A program made the translations under genes and the position numbers. A stretch of DNA of 64,000 bases from the NCBI GenBank assembly GCA_963691875.1, contig OY829846.1:4000001-4064000 (forward strand). The letters are read 5' to 3'. Position 1 is the stretch's first letter. Each line of letters begins with the position of its first letter. Of the stretch, positions 1 through 9,418 are shown one piece after another. The notes under the pieces are model-generated. The model was given only the letters and a program-made list of their open reading frames with translations. It made no database searches and was not told the DNA's origin. The stretch comes from Aureliella sp. (GTDB lineage: Bacteria; Planctomycetota; Planctomycetia; Pirellulales; Pirellulaceae).

Positions 1-1
1 A

Positions 2-568
2 TATTCGGTAATCCCACAAAATGCCCATGTCTGGCTAGAGCTCCACGTGGGCAGTGACAATTGGATTCCGCTCGAGCCCACTCCAGGTTATAGACAACCT
101 CCATTTCGCGTGACTTGGCATTATCGTCTCTATCAAGCGAGGTTTGCGATCTTCTGGATTGTTTCTGGCACTCTTCTGTTTAGCACAATAACCTATCTCT
201 TCCGCTTCCGTATCTTTGAAACACTATGCTGGTTGTTATGGCCATTGGTATTGCGGAGTAGCGACCGAAAGCGTGTTCAATGGTTGGTCTCGATCCTAGA
301 CTGGCGATTCCGATTAGCTGGCATTCGCAGGCCGACAGGAACCCTGCCAAGCCGACATTGTGACGGGCTACTTCAAGAACAAAACCATGCACTTACACCA
401 CAAGTAAGTCAGCTTTTTGCGGACGCCGATCGCATGTACTACGGCCCGGCCGAGTGCTTGACCGATGCTGGCCGCGACGCATTGCAAGCGTTGTGGAAAC
501 GACTTAGCTTATTCGAAATCAAGCGTATTCATTTGTCGAAGAGGAGCACACCTGAAACGGTGAGTTAA
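2..568 (+). CDS. Transglutaminase-like domain protein, C-terminal part (5' end outside window)
   Basis: Frame open from base 2: NAHVWLELHVGSDNWIPLEPTPG matches the transglutaminase-like HxWxE...WxxxEPTP motif, followed by a TM segment; directly upstream of a MoxR ATPase, a usual context. Confidence 0.8.
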   Translation, partial: YSVIPQNAHVWLELHVGSDNWIPLEPTPGYRQPPFRVTWHYRLYQARFAIFWIVSGTLLFSTITYLFRFRIFETLCWLLWPLVLRSSDRKRVQWLVSILDWRFRLAGIRRPTGTLPSRHCDGLLQEQNHALTPQVSQLFADADRMYYGPAECLTDAGRDALQALWKRLSLFEIKRIHLSKRSTPETVS

Positions 569-569
569 A

Positions 570-1523
570 TTGATGTTAGATGTGGAATCGGCTCCGTCCG
601 TTGAGCAAGTATTGACTCAGCTGCGGACGAAACTCAATGGAGTCCTTCTGGGTAAGGAAGACAGGATCGAACTGGTCTTGGCTTGCCTTATCTCGGGTGG
701 CCACTTGCTCTTGGACGATTTACCCGGGCTCGGAAAAACCACACTTGCGAAAGCAATCGCCTCCAGTTTTGGAGCTCGTTTTGCGCGGGTCCAATGTACG
801 CCGGACTTGTTGCCGACGGACATCATCGGCTTTCAATTGTTCAATCAGAAGGTCCGTGAGTTCGAGTTTCATCCCGGACCAGTATTTTCGGATATCCTGC
901 TGGCGGACGAACTGAACCGAACGACTCCTCGTACGCAGAGCGCCCTCTTCGAAGCGATGGCTGAGCGTCAAGTGACCGTGGATGGCAAGTCTTCGAAGCT
1001 GTCTTCGACCTTCTTCGTCATCGCAACACAAAATCCGATCGACAGCCACGGTGCCTACCCGCTGCCTGAGGCACAGTTGGATCGCTTCAGCATGAAACTG
1101 GAGATTGGTTATCCTTCCACCGAGTCGCAACTGGCAATCCTATCGCAAGATCGAAGCAGTGGTGAGCCATCGGAGGCGGACGAAAAGGCCAGCGAATTGC
1201 CCCTTGAGGCTCTGACAGCTTTGCAGCAAAAAGCATCCTCTTTGCACATCGACGAAGCCGTTCAACGCTACATTATTGCTTTGTGCGAAGCGACACGTTC
1301 TCACGAATCCGTTGCACTTGGAGTAAGCCCGCGCGGTATGCTTATTTGGCAACAGGTTTCAAAATCCTGGGCATTGCTCCAAGGCAGAGACTTTGTAACA
1401 CCAGCCGATGTGCAAGCAGTCGCACATCCGGTTCTTGGCGTTCGCGTTGTCGCTCGTCAGTTCGATCCTGAAACTCTTATCAACTCGATCCTTGAGAACG
1501 TAGAAGTCCCGACCTACCAATGA
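570..1523 (+). CDS. moxR: MoxR family AAA+ ATPase
   Basis: Walker [45 protein letters not shown]. Confidence 0.93.
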   Translation: MMLDVESAPSVEQVLTQLRTKLNGVLLGKEDRIELVLACLISGGHLLLDDLPGLGKTTLAKAIASSFGARFARVQCTPDLLPTDIIGFQLFNQKVREFEFHPGPVFSDILLADELNRTTPRTQSALFEAMAERQVTVDGKSSKLSSTFFVIATQNPIDSHGAYPLPEAQLDRFSMKLEIGYPSTESQLAILSQDRSSGEPSEADEKASELPLEALTALQQKASSLHIDEAVQRYIIALCEATRSHESVALGVSPRGMLIWQQVSKSWALLQGRDFVTPADVQAVAHPVLGVRVVARQFDPETLINSILENVEVPTYQ

Positions 1524-1573
1524 GAAATGAGAACTCGCGATTTTTTGGCGAACTAGGCATGGTCTCGAAACTA

Positions 1574-1638
1574 GTTGCAGAAGTCGTCAAAACTTTCGGT
1601 GCAATGCCAAAACCGAAACCCTTGACGGGTTCCGCTAC
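1574..1638. repeat. Inverted pair of GTAG-footed palindromic REP-like units
   Basis: GTTGCAGAAGTCGTCAAAACTTTCGG (1574-1599) faces 1613-1638, whose reverse complement is GTAGCGGAACCCGTCAAGGGTTTCGG; a close copy lies at 45847. Confidence 0.75.
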
Positions 1639-1651
1639 CAAAATCGAACTT

Positions 1652-2308
1652 TTGAGACAGAGCCTAGTACTTTGCGTTTCACTCTCCCTAAGCCTCTGTG
1701 TTTGGGGTGTTGGTTGTGGTTCAACAGCGGGTTCCGGGCAATCTAAGTTTGAACATAGTCATGAACATGCACATGGCGCAGGTCAGGACCCAAGACATAA
1801 GCATGAGAACTTTGAAGGCTCGCACTCTCACGCCTATGAACACGAACACCGGCAAGGTGAAGCTCTTTTCGGCGGGTGGATCGCTCCGGTCGGTCACACG
1901 CATCAAGAATCGGGTGAAACGCACTACGCCGTCGAAGTGATGCCGATTGAAAACAATTCCCTGAGCCTCTATTTCTTAGTTGAGAAAGATAGCAAGCTGG
2001 ATTTAGCAAACGCTAAATTCAACGAGACAACGGCATACATGGGCGAGCCAGACGCACCCCCAGCAATGGCTCGCGAAGTTACTTTTCAAGCCGACGAAGA
2101 CGCTGCTTCTTATTCTACCGAAGTGCCTGAATTTCTGCATGGTAAAGAGAAAATCGAAGTTGTCTTTGCACGCGTCGAGTTTGGCGGAGAGAGCTTGAGC
2201 TTCAACATCGAAACTGGCTATCCAGAAGCTGAGATGACGCCAGACGACGGCTCGGCAGCAAGTACTGAAGCTGACGTCGAGCCTTTTGAAGACGAAAGTA
2301 ACGGTTAA
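1652..2308 (+). CDS. His-rich putative lipoprotein, probable metal-binding partner of the downstream permease
   Basis: Likely TTG start at 1652 (the ORF-track extension from 1520 runs through the REP pair); hydrophobic signal ending GVGC, then EHSHEHAHG...HKHE...HSHAYEHEH. Confidence 0.65.
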   Translation: MRQSLVLCVSLSLSLCVWGVGCGSTAGSGQSKFEHSHEHAHGAGQDPRHKHENFEGSHSHAYEHEHRQGEALFGGWIAPVGHTHQESGETHYAVEVMPIENNSLSLYFLVEKDSKLDLANAKFNETTAYMGEPDAPPAMAREVTFQADEDAASYSTEVPEFLHGKEKIEVVFARVEFGGESLSFNIETGYPEAEMTPDDGSAASTEADVEPFEDESNG

Positions 2309-3945
2309 TGATGGATTGGGTACTGCTCGCTGACGGACCTGGATTCACCGGCCTTCTAAGCGATTTCAACACGATGTTCTGGAGTGGAGTTCTCCGGATC
2401 TTTGAGGCCATCATTGCTGCGGCGCCTTACCTGGTCTCTGGGGCTTTTGCTGCTGGCATACTACGAGGCATGGTCGGCGCGGAGCGGCTACAACGCCTAC
2501 TGGCCGTACACCATTGGTCCAGCCCCTTGCGCGCCTGGGCATTCGGAATCTTGCTGCCCGTCTGTTCGCTCGGTGCTCTTCCAATTGCACGAGAACTTCG
2601 CCGTGCAGGTGTGCCGAGTGGTACGGTGCTAAGTTTTGTTCTAGTTGCCCCAGTGCTAAATCCCGTATCGATCATTTACGGCCTGAGTCATATTGAGCCG
2701 GTGATGCTGATCTATTTTGCCATCGGTACTTTCATCATTTCGATCGGAATCGGCTTACTTTGGAATCGGCTGATCTCGGCGGAGCGCGACACGCAGCCAG
2801 AACAACTTGAAAGACCACCAGTCGACAGCTTGCAGCGACTCCAAGTCGTTGGCACTACTGCAGCTCGATCTGTTTTTGGACGAACTTGTATCGATTATGC
2901 ACTCGCGTTGCTTGCCGTTGGATTCCTGGGGGCCTTTCTTCCCCATGCGGTACTTTCATCAGGACTAACCCGTGACAACATCTTCGCTCCCGCATTGATG
3001 GGCATTGTGGCGATTCCCGTTTACGTGACGCCAACCGAAGTGATGATGCACTTCGGTCACATCGTCCGTGATGGTTTCTCACTGGGAGCTGCTTTTGCAC
3101 TGATCGTCCTTGGAGCAGGAGCCAATGTGGGAGTCGCGAATTGGTTGCGACGTGACTATGGCTTCCGACCGCTCATGCTTTTCGTTTGCTCCCTGATTGG
3201 AGCTACGTTATTGCTAGGTGTCACGGCCGATCGTAGCCTGCCATCGGGTGCGGCCACGCAGCAGGACCATACCCACGCTTTCGACAGCTTCACCCGACTT
3301 TCCAGCGTTCCAGCAAGAGACGCCAACCCCGTCTGGGTATTTAAGAAGGTATGGACAGAGTCGAGTGTCACCGAAATCTACGGACTTGAGCTACTCGCCA
3401 TCCTGATGGTATGTGGGTTTGTCCTGTTTCTCGCTGGGGATCGACTTGAGATCGAGTCGATCATGCTGGCCACCAAACAAGCTTCCGCTACGGAGCTGAC
3501 TAGTCCGAAGTGGGATCCCGCGCTCAGCACGGGGCAACTTGCAGCCGCAACGATCACTGGCGTTCTGGCCTTAAGTACACTCGGCTTGTATTTGTTCTAT
3601 CCAGCGAAGGAAGAGATTCTAGACGATTTAATCAACCTGCGTTTCGGCGTTCGCGAGGCAGTGGCAAACGAGGATCTCCCAGAGCTTCAACGACAAGTAC
3701 GGTTGCTTCGAACTCAGGTGCAGAAGCTTCCCACCAGCGCACGAATTCGCTTCCAAACTGTCACGGAAGAGCGGCAGAAGAGCGTTGAGGAGCTCTTATA
3801 CAGCCTCAAAACGATTGAGAACTATGCCAATGCTGGCAAGTTCACGCAGGCCAGCTTCATGTTGAATTACTTTGAAAAGACCTACATGAGGTGCAGCAGC
3901 GCGTTCCGGGAAGCCAAACCGCTAAACATACCGACGGCCCCGTGA
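2308..3945 (+). CDS. Predicted permease (DUF318/ArsP-like) with C-terminal soluble helical extension
   Basis: Multiple TM helices; GILLPVCSLGALPIA and FVLVAPVLNP motifs; start overlaps upstream stop (TAATG). Confidence 0.8.
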   Translation: MMDWVLLADGPGFTGLLSDFNTMFWSGVLRIFEAIIAAAPYLVSGAFAAGILRGMVGAERLQRLLAVHHWSSPLRAWAFGILLPVCSLGALPIARELRRAGVPSGTVLSFVLVAPVLNPVSIIYGLSHIEPVMLIYFAIGTFIISIGIGLLWNRLISAERDTQPEQLERPPVDSLQRLQVVGTTAARSVFGRTCIDYALALLAVGFLGAFLPHAVLSSGLTRDNIFAPALMGIVAIPVYVTPTEVMMHFGHIVRDGFSLGAAFALIVLGAGANVGVANWLRRDYGFRPLMLFVCSLIGATLLLGVTADRSLPSGAATQQDHTHAFDSFTRLSSVPARDANPVWVFKKVWTESSVTEIYGLELLAILMVCGFVLFLAGDRLEIESIMLATKQASATELTSPKWDPALSTGQLAAATITGVLALSTLGLYLFYPAKEEILDDLINLRFGVREAVANEDLPELQRQVRLLRTQVQKLPTSARIRFQTVTEERQKSVEELLYSLKTIENYANAGKFTQASFMLNYFEKTYMRCSSAFREAKPLNIPTAP

Positions 3946-3964
3946 TCCCGCAGCCCAATGGAAT

Positions 3965-4417
3965 TCAGAACCAACGAAGCTTCGCTTTCGGATATCCCCA
4001 AGAAAGGGCGAGTGCGTCGGCGGCTTCTTCTTTGTCGGTGATCTCGCCCCAGCCGCCATTTCGCAAGAATGCGTGAGCCAATTCATGCGCGATAATATAC
4101 AAAGCAAAATCTTCTGGCGCACGGTCCAGCTTCTTTCTGAGCACAACACATCGGCTGACCTCGCGACCAGAACTTGGCAGAGGCATGAACATCTTCGAAC
4201 CCTTGCCAGGCTGATAATCCTCCAGCCGCATAGCGAAGGTTGAATCGGCGGCAAAATCCTCGAATACTTCTTCCGGCAGTGAACGCAGTACGCTCAAGAC
4301 ACGCATTTCCAAGACTGGAAATTCGCTGAATGCCGAGGTGTATTCCTCAATGCGTCGCGATTTCGCCGAAGACGACGCCTGAATCTTCGGTGGGAAATCA
4401 GAGGTTTCGTCTGACAC
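3965..4417 (-). CDS. Small putative zinc metallopeptidase (HExxH)
   Basis: YIIAHELAHAFL plus downstream EEAADALA; GTG start 2 nt after the DUF4159 gene stop. Confidence 0.7.
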   Translation of the reverse strand: MSDETSDFPPKIQASSSAKSRRIEEYTSAFSEFPVLEMRVLSVLRSLPEEVFEDFAADSTFAMRLEDYQPGKGSKMFMPLPSSGREVSRCVVLRKKLDRAPEDFALYIIAHELAHAFLRNGGWGEITDKEEAADALALSWGYPKAKLRWF

Positions 4418-4419
4418 TC

Positions 4420-6822
4420 TTATTCCTGCAGCAGAGCGAACAGAAGTGTGTTAATTCCGATGCGAGCTGCATCCTCTCGGAAGTAGCCTCGACATTGCAA
4501 AGAGTGCTTACTTTCCAGGGCACAGCTCAAATCCAGCTCGGAGAAGGCAATCACCATTCGTCCATTCTTCTTGCCAACTTCGAGTCGTGGTGGACCACGC
4601 CGCGTGGCCGCCGCAAGCGTCTCACCGGTGTCTGTTGGATCGATGATCTGCACATCCCGAATGGGATAGCCTCCGTAGCGATCCGTGAACAAAGCATGGC
4701 CTGGGTCTAGCATCTTCAACTCGTCGCCCAGGATGATTTCCATTTCGCGCCGAAAACTTTCAGCAAAAGCCTTGTCTGCACAAACAGCATCGGCAAAAAG
4801 AAAGCCATCATTTTCGAAGAACTCTTTAAGAGCATCGCGCTGCTTTTGAGCAAGTACTAACTCGCCGCGTCCATGCATGTAGACCACCGAATAGCGCTGC
4901 AGATTCTCCGTGTCGATCGAAATGATCTTTCGCTCACTGCTGACCATCTCGCCGCCGCGCTCATCCTTGTGCATCCATTGCACCATCGTCGGAACTGCTC
5001 GAACCGCGTCATCATAGCCCGCATTATGCTGCAGCTTGGGTAGGAAGAACACACCGCGTTCGGTGGGAGCCTGATTGTCAACATCTTCGAGAATAGTGAC
5101 GGTATCCAGCTTCTCCTTTAACTCTTTGCCAGTCGCATAGGACAAGATGTTAAGCCCGATCAATGTGGCTGTGTCCAAATCAAGCTTCACGCGATCGTTG
5201 TATTTGGGCTTTGCGCCGTAGGGCACGTTTAGCTCCCATCGACAGCTGAGGCTATAAGGAACGTAGACGACTCCCAACCTGCAACAACTCTGCACCCCGT
5301 AGATATTTGCGTCAGCATCTGGCAACCCTTCCGGTTGCACTTTTCCCTCGGCGTACCAGATTGGATGATCCGGCGGCAATGCTTCCAGCGGCTTGTCAAA
5401 GAGTTCAACCACCAACTCACGGAAGTACTGCTCAAAGCCTTGTCCGTTGCATCCATCACGATTACAGCCTTCCGCGAAGATGAACCCGCCACCCTCGACG
5501 TAATCCTTCAGCATCTTCTTCTGCCGGCTGCTGAACTTTGGCTGCAGCGTCCCACTGATGAACAGTACGGGCGATTCAAGCAGTTCTGCAAGACTCGCTT
5601 GATTGATGTCCATGTTTTGCCAAGCCAGGTCTCGTTTCCACGCTTGCTCAGTGTGAGAAGTAATATGCTGCACTGCCAACGAGTGATGATTCCAATCCGT
5701 GGGATCACTACTTGGATATTGCAGGCGACTCATCAAGATCTTGCGCTTCCCCTTGGACAGAAAAAGTAGCGCGAACGCTGTATCTGAAACGACGTTTCCG
5801 TCGGTGATTCGACCAACTGAAAAACTTCCTTGATTGGGCGTTTGCTTCACGCGAATCAAAAACTCTGTCCCCTCGCGGTACCAGTCGTGTCTACCAATGA
5901 AGCGACGCCCCGTGAGACGCCCAACCCGTTCCAAAGCATACATGTAGTAGTAGTAGTAATGATTCCCCATCGCAGGATTGCTGGTCACTTGGAATGCATT
6001 GCCGAGCCAACTAAGAGCTCTCTCGATGCGGTCATTCGTTGAATCATCATTGCCACAACAAGAGATAGTTTGCCCCGCTGAACTCTCTTTCGACTTGGCG
6101 GCAGAACCAGCAATGACCAGAGAGGCGATCCCCGCGCAGGTCATACTGCCTCTGGGCTTTGTATCACCGCGATACCCAAATGCACCCGAACTTAACTGCA
6201 CTTTCTCCCAGTAGCTTAGAGAACGCTGAAACACCTTGTCCCAAGTCGCTTGCGGGTAGTTTGCGACTCCACTGCGTTGCGCTTCATGCAAGGCGAGTAG
6301 CGCGAACTGACTGTTCGATTCGTCCGGTGGTTGTCGTGTATCTTCATCGTAGGACCATCCGCCATTTTTATTCTGTGCCTTAATCAACCATTCCGCATTG
6401 CGGCGAATCAATGGTGCGTACTTGCGGGGATTCGCAGTACAGAGCGCCATGGTCTGCAGGGAAGCGGTATAAACGAAAGCCAGCTCACGGCTACTAATGT
6501 GATCCAGAGCTTTCTGCAACTTTGGATGATCGAGTTCAACGCCGGCGTTCAGTAACGCCAAAGTAACCAAGCAAGAAACACCCATCTCGTAACGATGACC
6601 CATCGTGAACTCGGGCCAACCGCCATCTCCCAGCTGAGCCTGCATGAGATAATCAACTGCCAGATCGATTGACTTTTCTACTTCTGCCGTCGTAATCGGA
6701 CCTCGCCCATTCTGCGCTTTGGCCGCGGGAAAAACCGGCGTAAATGCCGCCAGAATGGCCGAAACCAAAACAAGGGATCGGCAAAGGTTTCCAGACGAGT
6801 GGCTTGGCTGCATAAGATTCAT
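4420..6822 (-). CDS. Secreted protein with prenyltransferase/squalene-cyclase-like repeats and two DUF4159 domains
   Basis: Signal peptide (AAKA), QLGDGGW / QNKNGGWSY repeats, DESNSQFALLAL, two domains with GGFIFAEGC / DGFLFADAVC; start uncertain (6813-6885). Confidence 0.8.
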   Translation of the reverse strand: MNLMQPSHSSGNLCRSLVLVSAILAAFTPVFPAAKAQNGRGPITTAEVEKSIDLAVDYLMQAQLGDGGWPEFTMGHRYEMGVSCLVTLALLNAGVELDHPKLQKALDHISSRELAFVYTASLQTMALCTANPRKYAPLIRRNAEWLIKAQNKNGGWSYDEDTRQPPDESNSQFALLALHEAQRSGVANYPQATWDKVFQRSLSYWEKVQLSSGAFGYRGDTKPRGSMTCAGIASLVIAGSAAKSKESSAGQTISCCGNDDSTNDRIERALSWLGNAFQVTSNPAMGNHYYYYYMYALERVGRLTGRRFIGRHDWYREGTEFLIRVKQTPNQGSFSVGRITDGNVVSDTAFALLFLSKGKRKILMSRLQYPSSDPTDWNHHSLAVQHITSHTEQAWKRDLAWQNMDINQASLAELLESPVLFISGTLQPKFSSRQKKMLKDYVEGGGFIFAEGCNRDGCNGQGFEQYFRELVVELFDKPLEALPPDHPIWYAEGKVQPEGLPDADANIYGVQSCCRLGVVYVPYSLSCRWELNVPYGAKPKYNDRVKLDLDTATLIGLNILSYATGKELKEKLDTVTILEDVDNQAPTERGVFFLPKLQHNAGYDDAVRAVPTMVQWMHKDERGGEMVSSERKIISIDTENLQRYSVVYMHGRGELVLAQKQRDALKEFFENDGFLFADAVCADKAFAESFRREMEIILGDELKMLDPGHALFTDRYGGYPIRDVQIIDPTDTGETLAAATRRGPPRLEVGKKNGRMVIAFSELDLSCALESKHSLQCRGYFREDAARIGINTLLFALLQE

Positions 6823-7243
6823 GAGCAAGAACCGCTTTTGTAGGGTGAACAAGTCACTTCTCAATAGGTCGAATCTAGGTCGCATTGTGCAGACAACAGT
6901 TCTCGAATGATGGATTCACGAACCATGTCAGGAAGCCTACGTTAATTGTATCGATTTACATCTTATGCCATCGCGGCGATATGGTCTCGTGCCGCAACCA
7001 GCTCGAAACGGCTAAGATAAACTATCGGTCACAGACCGTAAGAATTGTACTACTCCACCTGTCGCTGCCGAATAATCAATGCATGCTAGGTTTGGATTCG
7101 AGAACGAATCGGCGCCACCATCGCCTGCTGTCCTCGGCCAACGTAGAAATAACTCAGCGAAAAGTTTAAGTCAAAATTTCGCTTTTGACCCTCCTCACAC
7201 TAATTCTCTGCCAACTTCGATGGCCACCTGATAGGAATGCCAA

Positions 7244-8314
7244 GTGTCGAATCAGCCTCCCAATAAACCCAAGAATGTAGGCGACTTGCTGCGTGAGTTT
7301 CGTGAGCACCGCGACACCATGCGACAAGAACTGGCCAAAGTCGTCATCGGTCAGGATGAGGTGATCGAGCAACTACTTGCGGCCATTTTCACTCGTGGTC
7401 ACTGTCTGCTAGAAGGTGTTCCGGGCCTTGCGAAGACCTTGATGGTCAGCTCACTCGCACGCATCGTCGACGTGGACTTCAACCGAATTCAGTTCACACC
7501 CGACTTGATGCCTTCGGACATTACCGGAACAAACGTCTTGGATGAAGACGAAGCCGGCAAACGACAGTTCCGATTCGTCGAAGGTCCAATCTTCACCAAC
7601 ATCCTGCTCGCCGACGAAATTAACCGAACGCCTCCCAAAACGCAGGCGGCTCTCCTACAGGCGATGCAAGAACGAGAAATCTCGGTGGGACGCAGCACCT
7701 ATGACCTGCCCGACCCTTTCTTTACGATCGCAACGCAGAACCCGATCGAGCAAGAAGGAACTTACCCGCTGCCCGAAGCCCAGTTGGACCGCTTTATGTT
7801 CAACATCAAAGTGGGATATCCCACAGCAGATGAAGAAGAACAGATTCTGCTGGCAACAACCAAGAATGAAAAACCTGAAGTCCACAAAGTGCTTTCCGCT
7901 CGAGCGATCATCAACATCCAGAAATTGGTGCAAAGCGTTGCAGTGAGCCCCTATGTCGTGAAGTATGTGGCGCAGCTAGTACGTGCAACACGACCTGCAG
8001 ACGAAAAAGCTCCACAGTTCGTCAAAGAACTCGTCGATTGGGGAGCAGGCCCACGAGCCGGTCAGTTCTTGATCAACGGCGGCAAAGCGATCGCCGCGAT
8101 GGATGGTCGCTTCAGTATCGCGATCGAGGACATTCGCGCCGTCGCAATTCCGGTTCTGCGCCACCGCGTGAGCACGAATTTCCAAGCTCAAGCAGAAGGC
8201 ATGACCACTGAGAAAATCATCGAACGATTGATTGCTGAAATTCCTGAACCCAAGGTTCCCAAGTTCGCTGGCGACGCGCCTCCGGCGCCCCCAGTTTCGA
8301 AAAAGAGAAAGTAG
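7244..8314 (+). CDS. moxR: MoxR family AAA+ ATPase
   Basis: [50 protein letters not shown]. Confidence 0.95.
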   Translation: MSNQPPNKPKNVGDLLREFREHRDTMRQELAKVVIGQDEVIEQLLAAIFTRGHCLLEGVPGLAKTLMVSSLARIVDVDFNRIQFTPDLMPSDITGTNVLDEDEAGKRQFRFVEGPIFTNILLADEINRTPPKTQAALLQAMQEREISVGRSTYDLPDPFFTIATQNPIEQEGTYPLPEAQLDRFMFNIKVGYPTADEEEQILLATTKNEKPEVHKVLSARAIINIQKLVQSVAVSPYVVKYVAQLVRATRPADEKAPQFVKELVDWGAGPRAGQFLINGGKAIAAMDGRFSIAIEDIRAVAIPVLRHRVSTNFQAQAEGMTTEKIIERLIAEIPEPKVPKFAGDAPPAPPVSKKRK

Positions 8315-8359
8315 TAGGCTCGATCGCCGTTCTATCATGGGCTGATCCGCTGGGGTACT

Positions 8360-9256
8360 ATGGCCGCTGTTGAACAATACCTAAAACCGGAACTTGCCGC
8401 TCAGATCAAGCGATTGGACTTGCGCGCGAAGATGGTAATCCGTGGTTTCTTGCAAGGCCTGCATGCTAGCCCTTTCCACGGTTTCAGCGTCGAGTTCAGC
8501 GAGCATCGTCGCTACGCCGCCGGAGACGATCCGAAGGACATTGACTGGATCGCTTACGCGAAGACCGGGAAGTACTACGTCAAGAAGTTCGAATCGGAAA
8601 CCAATCTAACTGGTTACTTGGCTATCGATCTAAGTAGATCGATGGACTACACCTATCAACAACAGCTGACCAAGCTGGATTACTGCATCTGCCTATCAGC
8701 TGCACTGGCTTATCTAATGATCCAACAGCAGGATCCAGTGGGGTTGGTCACTTTCGACACCAAGCTCGGGGCGAGTGTCCCGCCGCGCAGTCGCCGTGGC
8801 CAACTGGCGACCATCCTTAGCCAGCTGACAAAACTCAAAGTTGCCGGAGAAACTGACCTGGCTGGCTCCTTGGTTCAACTTGCCGCAATGCTGCGAAACC
8901 GAAGCCTGATCATGATCTTCAGCGACTTGCTCACTGAAGAAGATCCCATGCTCAAATCGCTTCGCAATCTTCGACATGCCGGACACGACATCATCGTATT
9001 CCACGTCCTCGACGAAGCAGAAGTAACTTTTCCCTTTAAAGGCATGGTGCAACTGCGTGATCCAGAATCTGGGGCCAGTGAGCCGGTCCGCGCCGCTGAT
9101 GCTGGCGAGGAATATCGCAAGACAATCGAAAAGTTCCGCAGCCGTCTAGATAAAGAATTCTCAGAGAGCGGGATCGACTATGTTCCACTCGACACCAGCA
9201 TGCCCTACGACAAAGCCTTGATGGAGTATTTATTGCGGAGACGAAACCGCTTCTAG
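8360..9256 (+). CDS. DUF58 / vWA-like protein
   Basis: EFSEHRRYAAGDDPKDIDW and DLSRSM motifs; follows MoxR. Confidence 0.92.
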   Translation: MAAVEQYLKPELAAQIKRLDLRAKMVIRGFLQGLHASPFHGFSVEFSEHRRYAAGDDPKDIDWIAYAKTGKYYVKKFESETNLTGYLAIDLSRSMDYTYQQQLTKLDYCICLSAALAYLMIQQQDPVGLVTFDTKLGASVPPRSRRGQLATILSQLTKLKVAGETDLAGSLVQLAAMLRNRSLIMIFSDLLTEEDPMLKSLRNLRHAGHDIIVFHVLDEAEVTFPFKGMVQLRDPESGASEPVRAADAGEEYRKTIEKFRSRLDKEFSESGIDYVPLDTSMPYDKALMEYLLRRRNRF

Positions 9257-9273
9257 CAAACATGGCTAGAAAA

Positions 9274-9296
9274 GCAGTGGGATTCGTCAGAATTCC
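9274..9296 (+). repeat. Degenerate REP-like palindrome
   Basis: GCAGTGGGATTCGTCAGAATTCC, same layout as the units at 28027 and 32081. Confidence 0.55.
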
Positions 9297-9418
9297 TTAC
9301 AACTCAATTTTTCATAGACCCCCGCTACCCACTCAAAATTGACTCGACACATTTCCGTGAACAACCTCGCATTACTCACAACTACTCCGAGAAAGATCCA
9401 ACGGAAAGGAGAAAGTAG

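Noticed and set aside
1520..1651. N-terminal extension of the His-rich protein
   Set aside because: It translates through the REP doublet; a lipoprotein signal starts at 1652
5944..5959. (GTA)n run resembling DnaA-trios or a microsatellite
   Set aside because: Encodes HYYYYYM in the minus-strand DUF4159 gene; no DnaA box or AT tract beside it
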